Below, piece by piece: positions 13,701-27,000 of a stretch of DNA of 64,000 nucleotides (positions within the stretch are counted from its first letter, which is position 1; every line of letters begins with the position of its first letter). The stretch lies in contig ADNK01000904.1 in NCBI GenBank assembly GCA_000320545.1, positions 62,001-126,000 on the forward strand, in the 5' to 3' direction. Source of the stretch: Bigelowiella natans CCMP2755 (taxonomy: Eukaryota > Protista > Cercozoa). Both the position numbers and the translations under genes were made by a program. The notes beneath the pieces were generated by a model that saw only the letters and a list, made by a program, of their open reading frames with translations, was not told the DNA's origin and did no database searches.

Positions 13701-14165
13701 CAATTGTGCGTGGAGATTTGTCTGCCTCGTTTACCTGCAAAGCGAACATTTACTAAATCTGATGTCTTCCTTCCTGTCTGTAAAATAAACCCGACCCATG
13801 CCTGATATTTTGGGGTGAGCTTCATCACCATTGAGCCGTCGAGGGCATTAAGAGCCTGCAGATTTGTAGTAGGGTTTATGTTTCACAATCTGGGGGTTGG
13901 AATGGATATCACGACCTTCTGTCGATTAAGTGTGATGAGCACATTTCCATATTTACGATCCTCAAATAGAACGTCGTCCTCAGCCTGATTTACAATTGAC
14001 ACGGTAGTCTAAGAACATCATCCAGTAGTCACTTGCTGATTTTTACCAAACCTGTGACGAAAGAAATCTTGCAACAGTTGGACGGCGCAGAAGTTGTTTC
14101 TGCTTAATATGACTGGAGATGCGGTTGATTCGATAGAATGGTCTGCATGATGATGTTGTAGCCAT
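10658..14165 (-). CDS. HIBCH: 3-hydroxyisobutyryl-CoA hydrolase, mitochondrial (enoyl-CoA hydratase/isomerase family)
   Basis: Exons ITLNRQK|ALNALD, AFCAGGDIK, NGITMGGGVGLSVH, YRVATDNTMFAMP|ETAIGFFCDVGGSYFLPRL, LGTYLALTGARL, DFFEG|VRALLVDKDKSPKWNP, VSEEDVSAFFK*. Ser/Arg-rich presequence from ATG 14165. Confidence 0.93.
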
Positions 14166-14703
14166 GGTAATTTCGAAGTTATCGGAGTCCTCTTCAAGTG
14201 TTAAGGCCAGCGTAGATGGATCTTGCAGGCTCGGGTTCGGATGGGTTTGGGTTTTCGATCCGAAGGAGGATAGGCGAATATAACTAAATCATGGACACAT
14301 ATGTTGTCGCATGGTATCGATCTCCACCCATATTAAGATCTTTGAATTTCAATGTATTTTGTGAGGATTTTCATGTCGCATAAAAATAGTGCCCCTTCGT
14401 TTGAGGTGAAATTGAGAAAGAAATGTGTGTCCATGTCGCTTTTGGTCTGCCAAAACAAAGAGACAGAGGATGATACCGTCCGCAATAAAGGTACCGAGAC
14501 AGATGTGAGTTGTTATTGCATGATGCATTTAGGTAATTTGTCCTACACTAATAAGTTTGATGTTGCTTCTTTGGTAGAAAAGAGAGACATTTTGAGAAGA
14601 GGAAGAGACTGGGAAGAGAGAGAGAAACACCCTCCTACCTGCAGTCGTAAGCAATTCAAAACCAGCCTAGTATTGGAGGGTAGGAGCTAGCACCCCTACT
14701 ACC

Positions 14704-15465
14704 ATGGCATCTGATCCCAGAATACGGACTCGTGGTCTTGTTGTGGCTGCTCTTCTTTCCGTAGCTTCTTTCTCTGGTGCGGAGAAATCAGCCAACAATA
14801 ATGTGGGTGTTGCCGCAGATACAGCACTTACAAGGGAAGCTGGAGCTGAATATGACATTGATCATAACCATTCTCATAACCATAACCACAATCCCGATGG
14901 TACTTGCAAATATGTACCAAATGGGGTTCGAAAGAAAAAGCAAAGTCTTGGGAAGGATAAGTCTTCGCCGGATATGCACGGTACCGAGAAACAACAAATG
15001 ACACGATGAAGCCTAACTCAAATTTATCTGCAGACCATCCTTGGGGAAATTCGCGAAAAGGAGTTGAAAAATCAAAGTCTGCTGAAGACTTATCACAACA
15101 CAGCATATTAGGTCAGATCACTCTAGAAACCAAGGTGGAGTACTCGGACAAGGAAATTTCTCCGCCAGCTCTGAGGAGATCGGTAATTTCAAACTATTAT
15201 TGTTATTCAATTCGTAGCTTTCCCAATAATAGCACATCCAAAATTGTCTTAGGTGTCTTGGGGTGAAAATACATACCATGAAACCCACGCACCGCACGAG
15301 TACGACAGGACATCATGGCCCGACCCATACGATGTGGGTTATGAAGACGACTCGGATGATGGTGACAATATAAAGCAGCAAATCCTCTCAACATGTAGGC
15401 CATTTGGATTATCCCTCGTAGTCATATATGTAGCTATGCTTGTAGCCCTCTCCATTCCAGCCTAA
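14704..15465 (+). CDS. Unknown secreted, possibly GPI-anchored protein (about 3 exons)
   Basis: Signal peptide GLVVAALLSVASFSGA, a His/Asn repeat, an acidic stretch, and hydrophobic C-terminus GLSLVVIYVAMLVALSIPA*. Confidence 0.6.
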
Positions 15466-16111
15466 ATAGTGTCTAGAGCAAAAGAGGTTGTTCGTGGAGG
15501 GCCCGCCTTCTCATTTTGTTTACATCTCGTTTACATCAAGTTTGATGAGGACCTCTCATCTCTCATCTAATACCACGAGGAAACGACAGAGACATGCATG
15601 TAGCAGCTAGTTCGCGCGGCGCATCGCTAGCTACGATTCGAAGCAGCACATGTCCTGATAGGAGTATAGGAGTCTCATGTTCGTATCCAGTGTATAGTCG
15701 TACGTAGTGTTAGTTTGAAACATCTCTAGATCTGCTGTGTGCAACGGATGAGATTGGCGAGGTGTGACAATAGACATGTTATACGGTATATATATATAGT
15801 ATAATATTGTGATCTTGATTGTGGTGTCACATGTATTGTCATCTTGACAGTCTAGCAGTGATCATGATCGTTGTTTGCACCCATGTTGCCTGCTAGCCTG
15901 CATGGGCGCAGCATGCGGCGTGCATGTGCGTGTGCTGGTCACAAACGGACGGCATCGCATCACACCAGCTCCCATCGTGATCAATTGCGTGCTCTAACAA
16001 CCTCAAGACGTAAGTAACGCAGCGGCACTACATGGCGTACGTGGACAAGCTGCGATTACTGCTAATGACAAATTCGATCTGTTTGTGTAGCATGATTTTA
16101 CCAAAAATCTG

Positions 16112-18630
16112 CTATTGCCAAGCCCAACCTTGTGGTTTTACCAACGAGTCTTTGTTCAGTGTGTCTTCTTCTCGCGACACATCTGTATCTTGCTCGCCCT
16201 CTATTGTGGTTGAACCAGCACTACCATCATTAGATCCCATATCTGAAGACTCGAAGTTAGCTTGATTCTTCCAGTCTGCTTCTGTTATCTCTATTTGGCT
16301 ATGAGGTTTATTATCATTTCTATCTACAGTTTCAGGCTGTTGGTCTTCAATGTGAAATACTGGGGTCAAAACTTGAGCACTGGTACTTGCAATCGCTAGG
16401 TTTGTAGATGAGATTGAATTTACAAGAAGGGAATTTCCCCCCTGTTCATTCGGAGTGCCCACAGTGTCTACATCCGACTTGATTCCGACTGTTGTAAATG
16501 ATTGCAAATCTTTGGGAACGGGCACATCGTACTTCTGCAGCGAGTCCACAAAAATAGATTGGGCCTCTTTGTAGAGGGAAATGTCATAGATCATGCTCTC
16601 CTATGACAACAGGTTATGGGTAATGAGTAACTTGGTATAACGGAAAATGGAGAATATTTTTACCGCCAAATCATCGAGCAGTTTCGGCATGGACTTGAAT
16701 GAATATTTATGACCAGTTTTCTGCACGTTCTCCTTTTTGTCCCCCTTAACAAATGAAATTCTAAGTGCCAACTATGTTACTATGTATGTGCATGCAAAGA
16801 CTATGTGATAACTTGGGTCTCGGTTGTCCTACCTCACGAATTTTCTTGCATACTTTGTTCCCTTCACCTCTAGCATTGAAAAATGTACGATGAAGGAGCT
16901 CTATGCTTTCCTGGAAGTTTTCCGTGATTCCCACATAATCCATTTCTCGGAGGGCTTCCCGTGCTTTCACATACATCTCCTTTCGACTTAACTGCATTAC
17001 AATGGTGGTATAGCTCAGCGCTATGATGGTGAAGACGCTTACAAAAACTACACTACAGATGCATGATAAAAAACTTAATAATCAACATCATTAACAAGCT
17101 ACAACACCTTGGTTTTCACAGCTGAGGCGGCTTGCAACTCATCCTTTTTATTGTACGTCGGATTCACCATACAATCTGCCACAGAGATGTAATGCATGAT
17201 GATGATGAGAAGTACGACAAAGACAAACGCCAGCACACCAACACCACCAACACCAACATCAACACTGTGCTTCATAATGATGCTGCGAGTTCAACCCTTT
17301 CCTGGTATGCTACTCGAATATCAGAAACATTTCTGTCATGACTAGAAATCGCTTTCGTCAAAGTCTCTACCTCGTGTTGCATTGACATTGTCGTCATGCT
17401 CGTACCAGCATCCTGCTAACATTCGAATGGCATCGAAACCCTCCACTAGATGCCGATCTGCTGCCCATTGCTTGAACCCCTCTTGATCTGCCATATACCC
17501 CGGAATTTGGCCAGTTTGTCCGTGCCGAGCAAATGCTTCATAATTGTATGAGCTTTCCAAAAGGCCAACAGGATGGCGGAGCATCGTGATGATCTTGTAC
17601 CCTTTCTTTTTTAATCGCCGCGCAATACTTATATCCCAGTGGTGGAGCTCGACATAATGACACTGATGAGTACGGCAATTATAGATTATAGATTATGATT
17701 GTAATACTCCGATATAATGCAAAGATAAGGAGATAAGTATTACTACTACACTAGTGGTTACCCCAGTCTTAAGCACATCCTTGACGCACCCTTTACAGAC
17801 GGTTTCGCTTTCAACTTGGGGACGTGAGAATACTGTGCAAGAGTGCATTCCAGTCCCATACCCATTGCGCTTCGCATTTGGATCCCAAAAGCCGCATGAA
17901 CAAGGATTGCACTCGAAAGAAAATATACGGCACACTTGTGCCCCATAGGAAGCGTAGAGGAGAGCAAGGTACTTATGAAGTGATGTTCCTCCAGTCTAAA
18001 TGATAAGGACTTGTAACTTCAAAACTAGAAATCAAAACTTTAACATTAACGACCTTTCGTACGTGAAGGTAAGCAATCTTTGGAATTTTTGAGAGATTGC
18101 AGTCACCATTGTCATAAGCACAATCAGCATTCAAACATTTTTTATCACCTAGTTTACAACGATTTTCTCCCTCTTAATTTGTGATAGTTCTAACAAGCGA
18201 GACGGGGTTGCCATTTTTATACACGTTGCTTACACGTTCCATCTCCGATCCACCATTTCTTGCAGCTAGCATCACAACTTGTAAGTTTCCTGGATATAGG
18301 TAGTAAGTACGCCAATCGCAAGATCAGTCCATCAGTGCCATTATATGATCACACGATCACACGTGTCATACGTGTACGTGTACCACCTTTTGATAAGGCC
18401 TTCAATAGGAGGATGCGAGTATAGATGTTCTAGTTGACAAAATCGTATCACAATTAAGTATAAGGCTGACACGAAGTGCTGTGGACAATGTAAGAGAGGA
18501 GAAAAGCATCGTCACAGATTACGGATTACCAGACTTTTCTCCAAGCCATTGGTCGTTCTCGGCTAAAACCTGCGATGCAACAAGATAACAAGACGCCATC
18601 ATGGGAGAATTTCGTTTAGACCGGTCGTCC
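16112..18630 (-). CDS. Sulfotransferase (Sulfotransfer_2/Gal-3-O-sulfotransferase-like); 5' end approximate
   Basis: 5'-PSB motif YLHVRK|TGGTSL, 3'-PB motif ITMLRHPVGLLESSYNY, and DYVGITENFQESIELL. Confidence 0.8.
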
Positions 18631-19091
18631 ATGAGTTTCTTACCGCGTCGTAATGAATCTCGTTAGTAGACTCCTGTAACTCCAGGAAATTGAATTTCCG
18701 AATGTCACTGATGCCGCTAGTCGAATTTTCAGGCTGGAGTGTCTGTTAATGGGAGAATTAATTAACAATTGCTCACAGTGAAAACTGAGACACCTTTTGC
18801 ACCGTCCAATGGGAACTGATTGGGGCTGCCAAGATGAGGAGAAGCAGTACAGAGGTCATATGAAACAGTGGTCAGCTCCCTTACTGTATTCAGTATTCAG
18901 AGCACAGAGGGTCGCGTTCGCTTGTTGTGTTGGAGCTGCAGTATTCCCTCTGTGTAGATGTAGCACAAATGTCCAATTCTGCTGCATACTTACTGCTTCA
19001 AGAGCATCACTGATCTTTGTTGAGAGAACACAAAGAACATGCAGTAGGTAGTGCTGCAGACGATGGAGTCAGGGTGAATTGCTGCCAGGAA

Positions 19092-19138
<47 letters not shown>

Positions 19139-19214
19139 CCATGGAACATCGATCATCGAACATCGATCATGGACCATCGATCATGGAACATTGAACATCG
19201 AACATCGAACATCG
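19092..19214 (+). repeat. 7-bp tandem array (ATCGAAC)n, about 17 degenerate copies
   Basis: atcgaac repeated, with variants atcgacc, atggaac, atcgatc and attgaac. Confidence 0.92.
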
Positions 19215-19443
19215 CACAATAGCCGGAGCGGTGGCAGATCATTGCTGCGAACAAAATGATGAGAACCAGAGTCTAGTAGTAGTTTGGATTCGCACCTGGG
19301 CAGTTTTGCTCAGACTATCTTTCGATGAACAAAGAACTCGAGTTTGTAACAAAAAGTAAGTCGCAAAACTAAATTGTGCCTTGATTTCATGGAATATGAT
19401 TCCTTCCGTAGTTTCCCGGCATTATTTATACCTAAAATAATAT

Positions 19444-20721
19444 ATGACAAACAATGCCGACAACAACACGTTTACATTTCGTGATCATACCCTCTACCCA
19501 TGGGCAGGGATGATAACAAATGGCAGGGTCCCACGCACTTCGATGATTACAAGCATCGCCACAGTGAAGTTACATTTTCAGGAGATCACAAATTTGATAT
19601 CGAAGTACGTAACACGAGCTTCTCTTCTTACCACAGATTCTGATTATCTGCAACATTACATGTAGAGCGGAGAAGTGTCAAAGAAAGGCCTGAATTATTA
19701 TCACACGAAAACACTTTTGGGTAATGCTCTTATAGTAATACTCTTACAGTTACTAAAATTGATATTTCTAACACTTAAATATGCCTTCGAAGGAGTTCGC
19801 ACGCTACCGTTGTTCTGGAGAATAATATTCATTTTAACGAATGTCCCGTATTGGTTTGTTGGACTTGAGGCAGCATACCATGTTGCCACACACGAGAATC
19901 AAACTACAATAGATACAAGGGGTGAGTCACGTTCGAACATCTTTAAGCTAGATTATCTTTTAATAGCTAATAAATATCAGAAGCGATATGGCCGTGTTTT
20001 TCCACCCTTGCAAGCGCTGTAGCTATACTGGTAGTACAGTTTTTATTGGTCGGTAGGGGATGACCTCGTGATTTCATTTGCGATAATCGATTTGATCAGG
20101 TAATTGCTACACTTTCTACTGTCTTCCATTACACACAATGCAATATAGGTATGGATGCAGCGTTTTAGGTTTTTAAAGCCGAAGCTCATCTTGTTTGGTC
20201 ACAGGCCCCGAATTAGGTTGCTACAGCCCTAGTTGTTATTCTTTCTCCAGGTTTGAAATTTACATCCCATCGGATTCAGACCTTACAGTATACTTCAATT
20301 TATAGTGTCAACCATTTGAAGCGTTGCGACGTTTCTGGTGCTTTCATATTCGGCGCATATCTTTTTCTCTGCGCTGAGACACGAAAAGGTGAAGTTTAGC
20401 GTTCCTCTGTTGTTATCAAGCCAACATATATCAATTTTAGTCGTAGGAATCTTTATCATTCCTCTGGGCTTGCTGGTTGCTTCAATAAGTTGCAAAAAAA
20501 TGAAGATGTTTCGCAGGTAAATAATAAGCATCAGCATTTTTATTTTATTGATCACCACATTTTTCAAGTAACATCGTCAATGTTTGAATTTGTCCAAAAC
20601 CAGTTATGCAGCTTTCCATGGAGCCTGGCACATTTTGGGTGCATGGGCACTCTTCGTAGTAAACGGACTTGGTGGAAGAGCCTCGATTTCGAACCAAATG
20701 ATACTTTGGATGTTTAGATAG
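19444..20721 (+). CDS. CREST-superfamily multipass membrane hydrolase-like protein; 5' end approximate
   Basis: Spliced exons give SxxxH (LSTVFHY), a conserved D (LKRCDVSGA) and C-terminal HxxWH (FHGAWHILG), with several TM helices. TAG 20719-20721. Confidence 0.7.
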
Positions 20722-21539
20722 GCGGACGAATCCAAGCTCCCATCAGCTGTAAAATGTTGATTAAAACAACCTGAACGTGTATCCACATTGTGCAACTAGC
20801 GGAATGTGATTCCACTAGTCCGGCCACAGGCCTTTCACAGCCTTGCTGCACGTTGATCATTGCCTACTGGTGTGTATCACATTGCTTCGCGCGTTGCATT
20901 TATATGCCCTATACATTTGCATGTGCCAACACATGACTTCGCAAGTAGTATAGGCACCGACACATGTTGCATGAGGGTGTCATGTGTGCACATACCTAGA
21001 TATGTACATTTATGAGACCGATATGATGAACATATAAACAGATTGAACTTTATTAGTGTTACTAGTATGTACAGACGCACAGTTACAGTCATGTTGTGCG
21101 CTTCGTCGCTTATTTGTGACGTACAGCTCTAGAGTTACATCATCTAATAATGACCATGGAAAGATTTGATGACATCATTACATCCGTCTCAAGTACGTTG
21201 TGCGCTACGCTGTCGGCTAAGAACAAGCAAGAAGTGCTCATATCAAATGACTACGTACACGCGCATGTAGTTTTCCTGCCTGCAGCCCGTCACATCGCTC
21301 ACATGCACACTTAGATAAAGCTACGCATGTATGCGCGGGCAGTCTGCCAATTATAGTGTGCATTAGTCATCAACAATCGGGAAGTAGGGTAGGTGCTGCA
21401 CGCTGGTTACGTGAAGTTCTTTCAATCATCGTCACATCGCACAACTATTTATGTGCGCGTGAGATTGCTTAGATCTATCATATAACTTTCCTGATTTCTT
21501 GTGAATTCCCTTCATCATACTTTGAGAGATTCGCCTTGT

Positions 21540-23220
21540 GCCTTCGTTTCCCAGGCCTTCCCTATAATAAAAAGAGAATGAATTTTCGACACAAAAGCAC
21601 TTTTTGAGTAGAGAGAATGTATCGCACCCTTGAACACGCGCCTCCAGTCTTAGCAACAAGTTGGCAAGCAAATGGTGATGCACACGTTATGACAACGAGC
21701 ATGATCACATAGAACCCTCCTATATCTTGGAACGAGGAATATCCTAAACATAATTCATCGATGTGGCGTCATTCTAGCTAGGGTTGCCCATCAGCGCTTT
21801 TGGTACTACCAGATTCACGACCCCAATATCCTGATCCAGGCGTGGATAATTTGGACCTCAATGGGCATCCATGCCTGTTTCACAATACTTGTGTTAGTTT
21901 CTGATAGATTGTGTATCATATCATGATCATGCAAGGAATAGAACCTGGAAGGCCATGTAACATTGACATGGCATTGTTCTTTATCTTCGTATACCTGCAA
22001 ATCGTCATGTAAGGGCGACGCATATAGAGCATTTTGGTATCGTCACTACCATTAACAATAATTATTATAATGATCAATATCAATAACTTTTTTTTTCCTA
22101 CCACCTATATAGTATAAAAAGTAATGATGATATTATTATTAGAACTTGATTCTTCACCTTAATAGGCCCTGAATCAAAATGCGGAGAGCATATCAAATGA
22201 TATGTCACAACCCTCTCATGGTCCTGTTATACCAATGCAGGTCAGGTTGCAGAAACTGAAGTCCATAGAAGGCCATACGTGGCATGGTGTTAATATTCGT
22301 AGGAATTTTTCCGCTTGCGATTTCGAAAGGTGAAATCCCATTCCCTTTCCAGCATCTTTCCATTCCTTTGGCCTAGATATTTTACAGTCTAAAAAACTGA
22401 ACAGCCTTTTGCGAACGTGCGAAATTTATACGTGTCTCTCTCAGTTAAAGCGTCAACTCGACCAGGCCTTCGAAACGTCACCTCAACTGTAATGTTTGAA
22501 TTCAACAGCTTAAATTTGAACATTAGGCAATTAAATTAATTTCTATTTACCTCCCTTCAATGGATCTTTAGGATCAATCAAAGTTGTATGCTTGAGTGTT
22601 GGATCTCCCAGCGGAAGGCACGTTAATCTAAGACAAGAAAGATTACTATATTGAGCATAAAAGCATTTATAAAACTAGGATAGTATTGACCCATGCATAA
22701 ATATGTGGGAGCCTACAGATACTCGATATCCGACAGAATTCTCCAAACCATTGCAGGCACCTGGTTTCTGCAACATTTTAAGTCAAGGGTAAACTCTTAG
22801 CCTCCATCTCTTCAACTTTACCGTTGTGATTACACCACAAGGAGAGAAATAGTACTGATAATCTTTTCCCTCTGAAACATCCGAAGTTGACCATAGCTAA
22901 TAACACAACATCGCGCAAATAACGCACAATCAATACATACACGTGAAATGAAAAACGCAACGATGTTGTCAGACCCATCCTTCTTGCAGATGCAATGGAG
23001 AAAGATCATAGACGTAATCATTTTCATTCATTGTCTTCGAGAATCTGCAGGAAGACGAAGCGTAGATAACCAGGGCCTATAAGAGGAAGTACGTTATTAC
23101 AGTATTGTAAGATATTGAAAAAAAATGTACTTGGAGCAGGAGAATGATGCAGAGCATCAAGTTCTGATTCCGGGAACAACTATGTTAGAAACATCCCTTC
23201 CGGATGGCCACGTCCGCCAT
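21540..23220 (-). CDS. Hypothetical spliced protein with C-terminal hydrophobic segment; boundaries approximate
   Basis: Exon-like blocks flanked by GT/AG (LTCLPLGDPTLKH, RMAFYGLQFLQPDLH, VYEDKEQCHVNVTWPSRF, GGFYVIMLVVITC). No family recognised. Confidence 0.4.
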
Positions 23221-24059
23221 TCTTCGAAATACTTTTTGATAATTTAAAATATCGCTCTATACTCCCAGATGGATATTTTATGTACACTTTCTACGAAACT
23301 TAAAACCTGTCAATCAAATTTTTGATGACGAATTGTAGACATATGCGTTTCCATGATGTATTCAGAAAGGTAAATGTCCTGTATTTCATCATTTCCGAAT
23401 AAATAAACCGTGGGTACTCAATTTTCAATATTGAAAAAAAAAATCGGACCTAATGAAAAAACTCGCCGGATAGTTCCGGCTTGTCTACGGATTACAAAAA
23501 TATCCCACAATAATTTATAATTATCCCCTAAATTTATCAGAAAAAGTTAAAATTAGGGTGCTTATAAAAGCGGCTTGCGTCCCTTCTTGCTTCCCTGACT
23601 TTGCGCACCTTGAAGCTTCTCGAAAGAGAGAGTCTGAGATGATTAAAAGCGAATATCTTGGTACAAAAATTCAATATTGTATTTTTAAAAAGAGACGGAG
23701 CAGAAAAGGCAGACTTGGTCGTAAGCGAGCGAATGCCTTTTCTTTCACAACGTTTCAACTTGATAGATGGTGGATCGTAATAGGTATAAATACCATATTA
23801 GAAACAATAAAAAACCTTTTCAGATTCTAAACCTCTCTCTTTCCTTTGTTTTACCACTCGCCCTTCCCCTGCTGCTGCAAGGTCCAAATCAAAGAAAGAA
23901 GTTTTCAGGGGATAAACTTTTCCACACTCTTTTTACACCTTTGCTAGTGGCGTGTTGCTTGGTCAGACCTCACAACATTACCCTTTCGGCAGAGGAAGAG
24001 AGGGAGCTTACCCGCTCCATTGGAGGAACAGGGAAATTTGTTACACCATCGGAAGTCAG

Positions 24060-27000
24060 ATGGTGCAGCAGCACCCAGCGGCAGTACTTGGCCAAGACCC
24101 AGAGCTGCAACTTCTCGGTCCTGAGTGGAAAGTAAAACCTACAGAAGATGTACAAACAGGAGCCTCGAAAGTGTATGTCGGACCGAAAGGGAACGAATTT
24201 GTATCCTTGCGGGAGGCATGGAAAGCAGCGGGCTACACAGACGGTGATGAGTTCCTGAAGACGGGGCATCCGTGGATAGGCCAGCGGGTTGCAACGCTAA
24301 ATATTCGAGACATGGACAACAATATTCATTTTCCTCTCATTGCAGGTGACGCGTATTTTTGGAGGTAAAGCACTAGATGGGACGGTCGTCTCATGGTTAC
24401 CACCAAATGGTGATGAGATTGCGTTGTGGCACGTTGAACACGATGACGGAGATTCGGAAGACCTGGTAAACAATAAAACATTTAAAATGAGTCGTCACAT
24501 ACGAATCAATAAACGTTTTTATTTTCTAAAAGGAGGAGTCAGAGGCCGAGGAAGCACTCGAGGAGTTCTTTCTGCGTCCAAACAGTAGGGTAGAAGCCAG
24601 TTTTCAAGGAAAGTGGTATCCTGGGGTTCTCAGGAAGGTATTACACGCAAATTTCTGTAATGATTGATCATAATGTTCTTTCAAATCATCGAAATAACTG
24701 TATGTTTTTGGATAATCGATGTAATCATCGTTTGGCTTTGGACAGATCGTCAGGTCGAAGTTGGAACCATATGGAGTAAAATGCGATTCTGATAAAAACA
24801 ATTCAATGCTTCTCTGGGTACAATTTTTATTGCTATTTTCCTTCTATGAATTAATTTTTGGATCAATTTGGCCGATCAGGTTCCTCGAAAAAACGTAAAA
24901 ATACCGCCGGAAAAGGTTTCAAATACCTCACTAGTACAGGGGCAAAGTGTGAACCGCGCACTGATGGAGCATAAAATAGATGAAGGGGACGATAGAAGCA
25001 AAACAGAGCGAGGAAGTCGTCCTCAAAAGCAACGCCGTCGAACTGAAGTTGCGAGCGCACGTAAACAACCCCAGGCCGGAAGGAGACGTCCTGGCCGACC
25101 GCGGGCTTCTCCTAACAGTAACTCTATACCAAAAAATCATGCTACAGTCGCAAACATAGAGAAAATTCGGCCTCCAATGCTTCAGTGCACTGAAACTTCA
25201 CCCAAGATTATGAGTTGGAACGAATATCAGAAGATGCACAAAGGACGCAATGTTACAACCGATGAGTGGAGGCAGTATGTACGTCTGACTCTTGGGAACA
25301 CCACACCATTAAACAAGTCGAAGGAATCTAAGCTAGAGATAGTATCGCAGTCACCAAAACCAAACGATGGGAAAAGAGTGAGGAAAAAAAAAGTCAATCC
25401 AGATTTCTTGTGGGGGGATGAGCTACGTAACCCTAAACGAGCGCTTGTGGAAAAATTGGAGAGATATGAATTCGAATCTGCTCTAGCATCCACAAAAGCG
25501 GGATCAACCGATGCGAATGATGATAAATGTGGTATTTGTGGCACAGGGGGCAACCTTCTATGTTGCGATGGACCATGCTTGAGAGCGTTTCACATTAAAT
25601 GCCTAGGACTACAAGAAAAGGATGTTCCAAATACAGAATGGTTTTGTAAAGACTGTGCTGTGGGACAGGAACCAAGGAAAATAATAAAAAAGGGAAGACC
25701 GCGTCCTCCTCCTATTCAGCTTCCAATGAATAAGAGGAAGACTGAAGCGAAGGGGGGCATCCAGTCTGCTCCTCTCCCACGGCGGTCAGGTAAGAAGCAG
25801 CGATTTAAAAAACAAGAGGGAACCCCTTCCGGCAAAAACATAATGGCTGGGACACCAAGGTCAACGCGGCGTAATGCAGGTGTACCCTCTCGTTTCAAAG
25901 ATGGTTACATTGCAATGAAAACTCCTCAAAATGCCACCAGAAAAAGGGCTTCAAAATCAGAGCCCAACAAGGGTAACAAGCGACAGAAAGTCAAGAGTCT
26001 AGAATCAGTTGAGGAGCAGAAAGCAAAATTAGAGCAACGGATACGAGCTCTTGAGACTTTCCTAAACAAAAATAATAAACCTTCATCCCCTTCATCCCCT
26101 TCATCCTTCAACAGGCCAACAAGTGTGCCGACTCCAAAGTCTGCTCCCGTCACCCCAATAGCTCCAAAATCTGTCCCGTCTCACACAATGCTTCCTGATA
26201 TTGATCTAAGTGGTGATACCTTAGAACCATGGAGACGGTGCACTAGTTGTAATACGGGACGGAGGAGCATGACATGTGCTAAAACGATGTGTGCGGTATG
26301 CTGTCGATCGTCCGGGCCTTGCTATACACACACTCGCTTCTTTCCAGGAGACACTTTAAAAATCTTCAAGGGTCCGTTTCAGGGTCGACAAGGGATCATG
26401 ATGAAGAAATTTGGAAGGTCGATATCCCTAAAGACTGGGGAAGAAGCAACTGCCTTGATCTGGGTCGACGAGACCTACTTAAGCTTGGAGAAAAAGGGGG
26501 AAAAGCATGATGAATTGCTCAAGGCAATCTCCAACAAACAGAGTGATAAGAAGAAATCATCTTCGAGGCAAAGAGTCAAAAAGAGAGTTCACAATCGCAA
26601 CGGTGTCCAACGAGCACTCTGTCATGGTGCTGAAGTGTCTACACCTTATGGAACTGGTCTGGTGCAGTGTACACGGGAAGCTAGTGACATTGTCCAGGTT
26701 CTTATTTTCTCTCAATATCATGAAAGGAAAAATAATGTACTGTGTTGCATCAGGTCGACCTTAAATACTGCCATGCATTCCTTCAATCATCAAAGTGCAA
26801 GTTGGTATACAAGCCTCCGATAAGAAAGAAGAGAAAATCATCATTAACGCCTCTTGATTTCAAGAAAATTAGCACCCCTAGGATGAAACGACAAACCTCG
26901 GCTCCGCTTAGATTCAAGAAGGCTCAGCTCAGAAAACCTATGCTGCTGTGCTTCGAGCTCTTGATGTAATTTACCAGTTTCTAGTAGCAAATGTCGCAAT

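Noticed and set aside
19092-19214. CRISPR-like array
   Set aside because: Contiguous 7-bp units without spacers, in eukaryotic context, with no cas genes.
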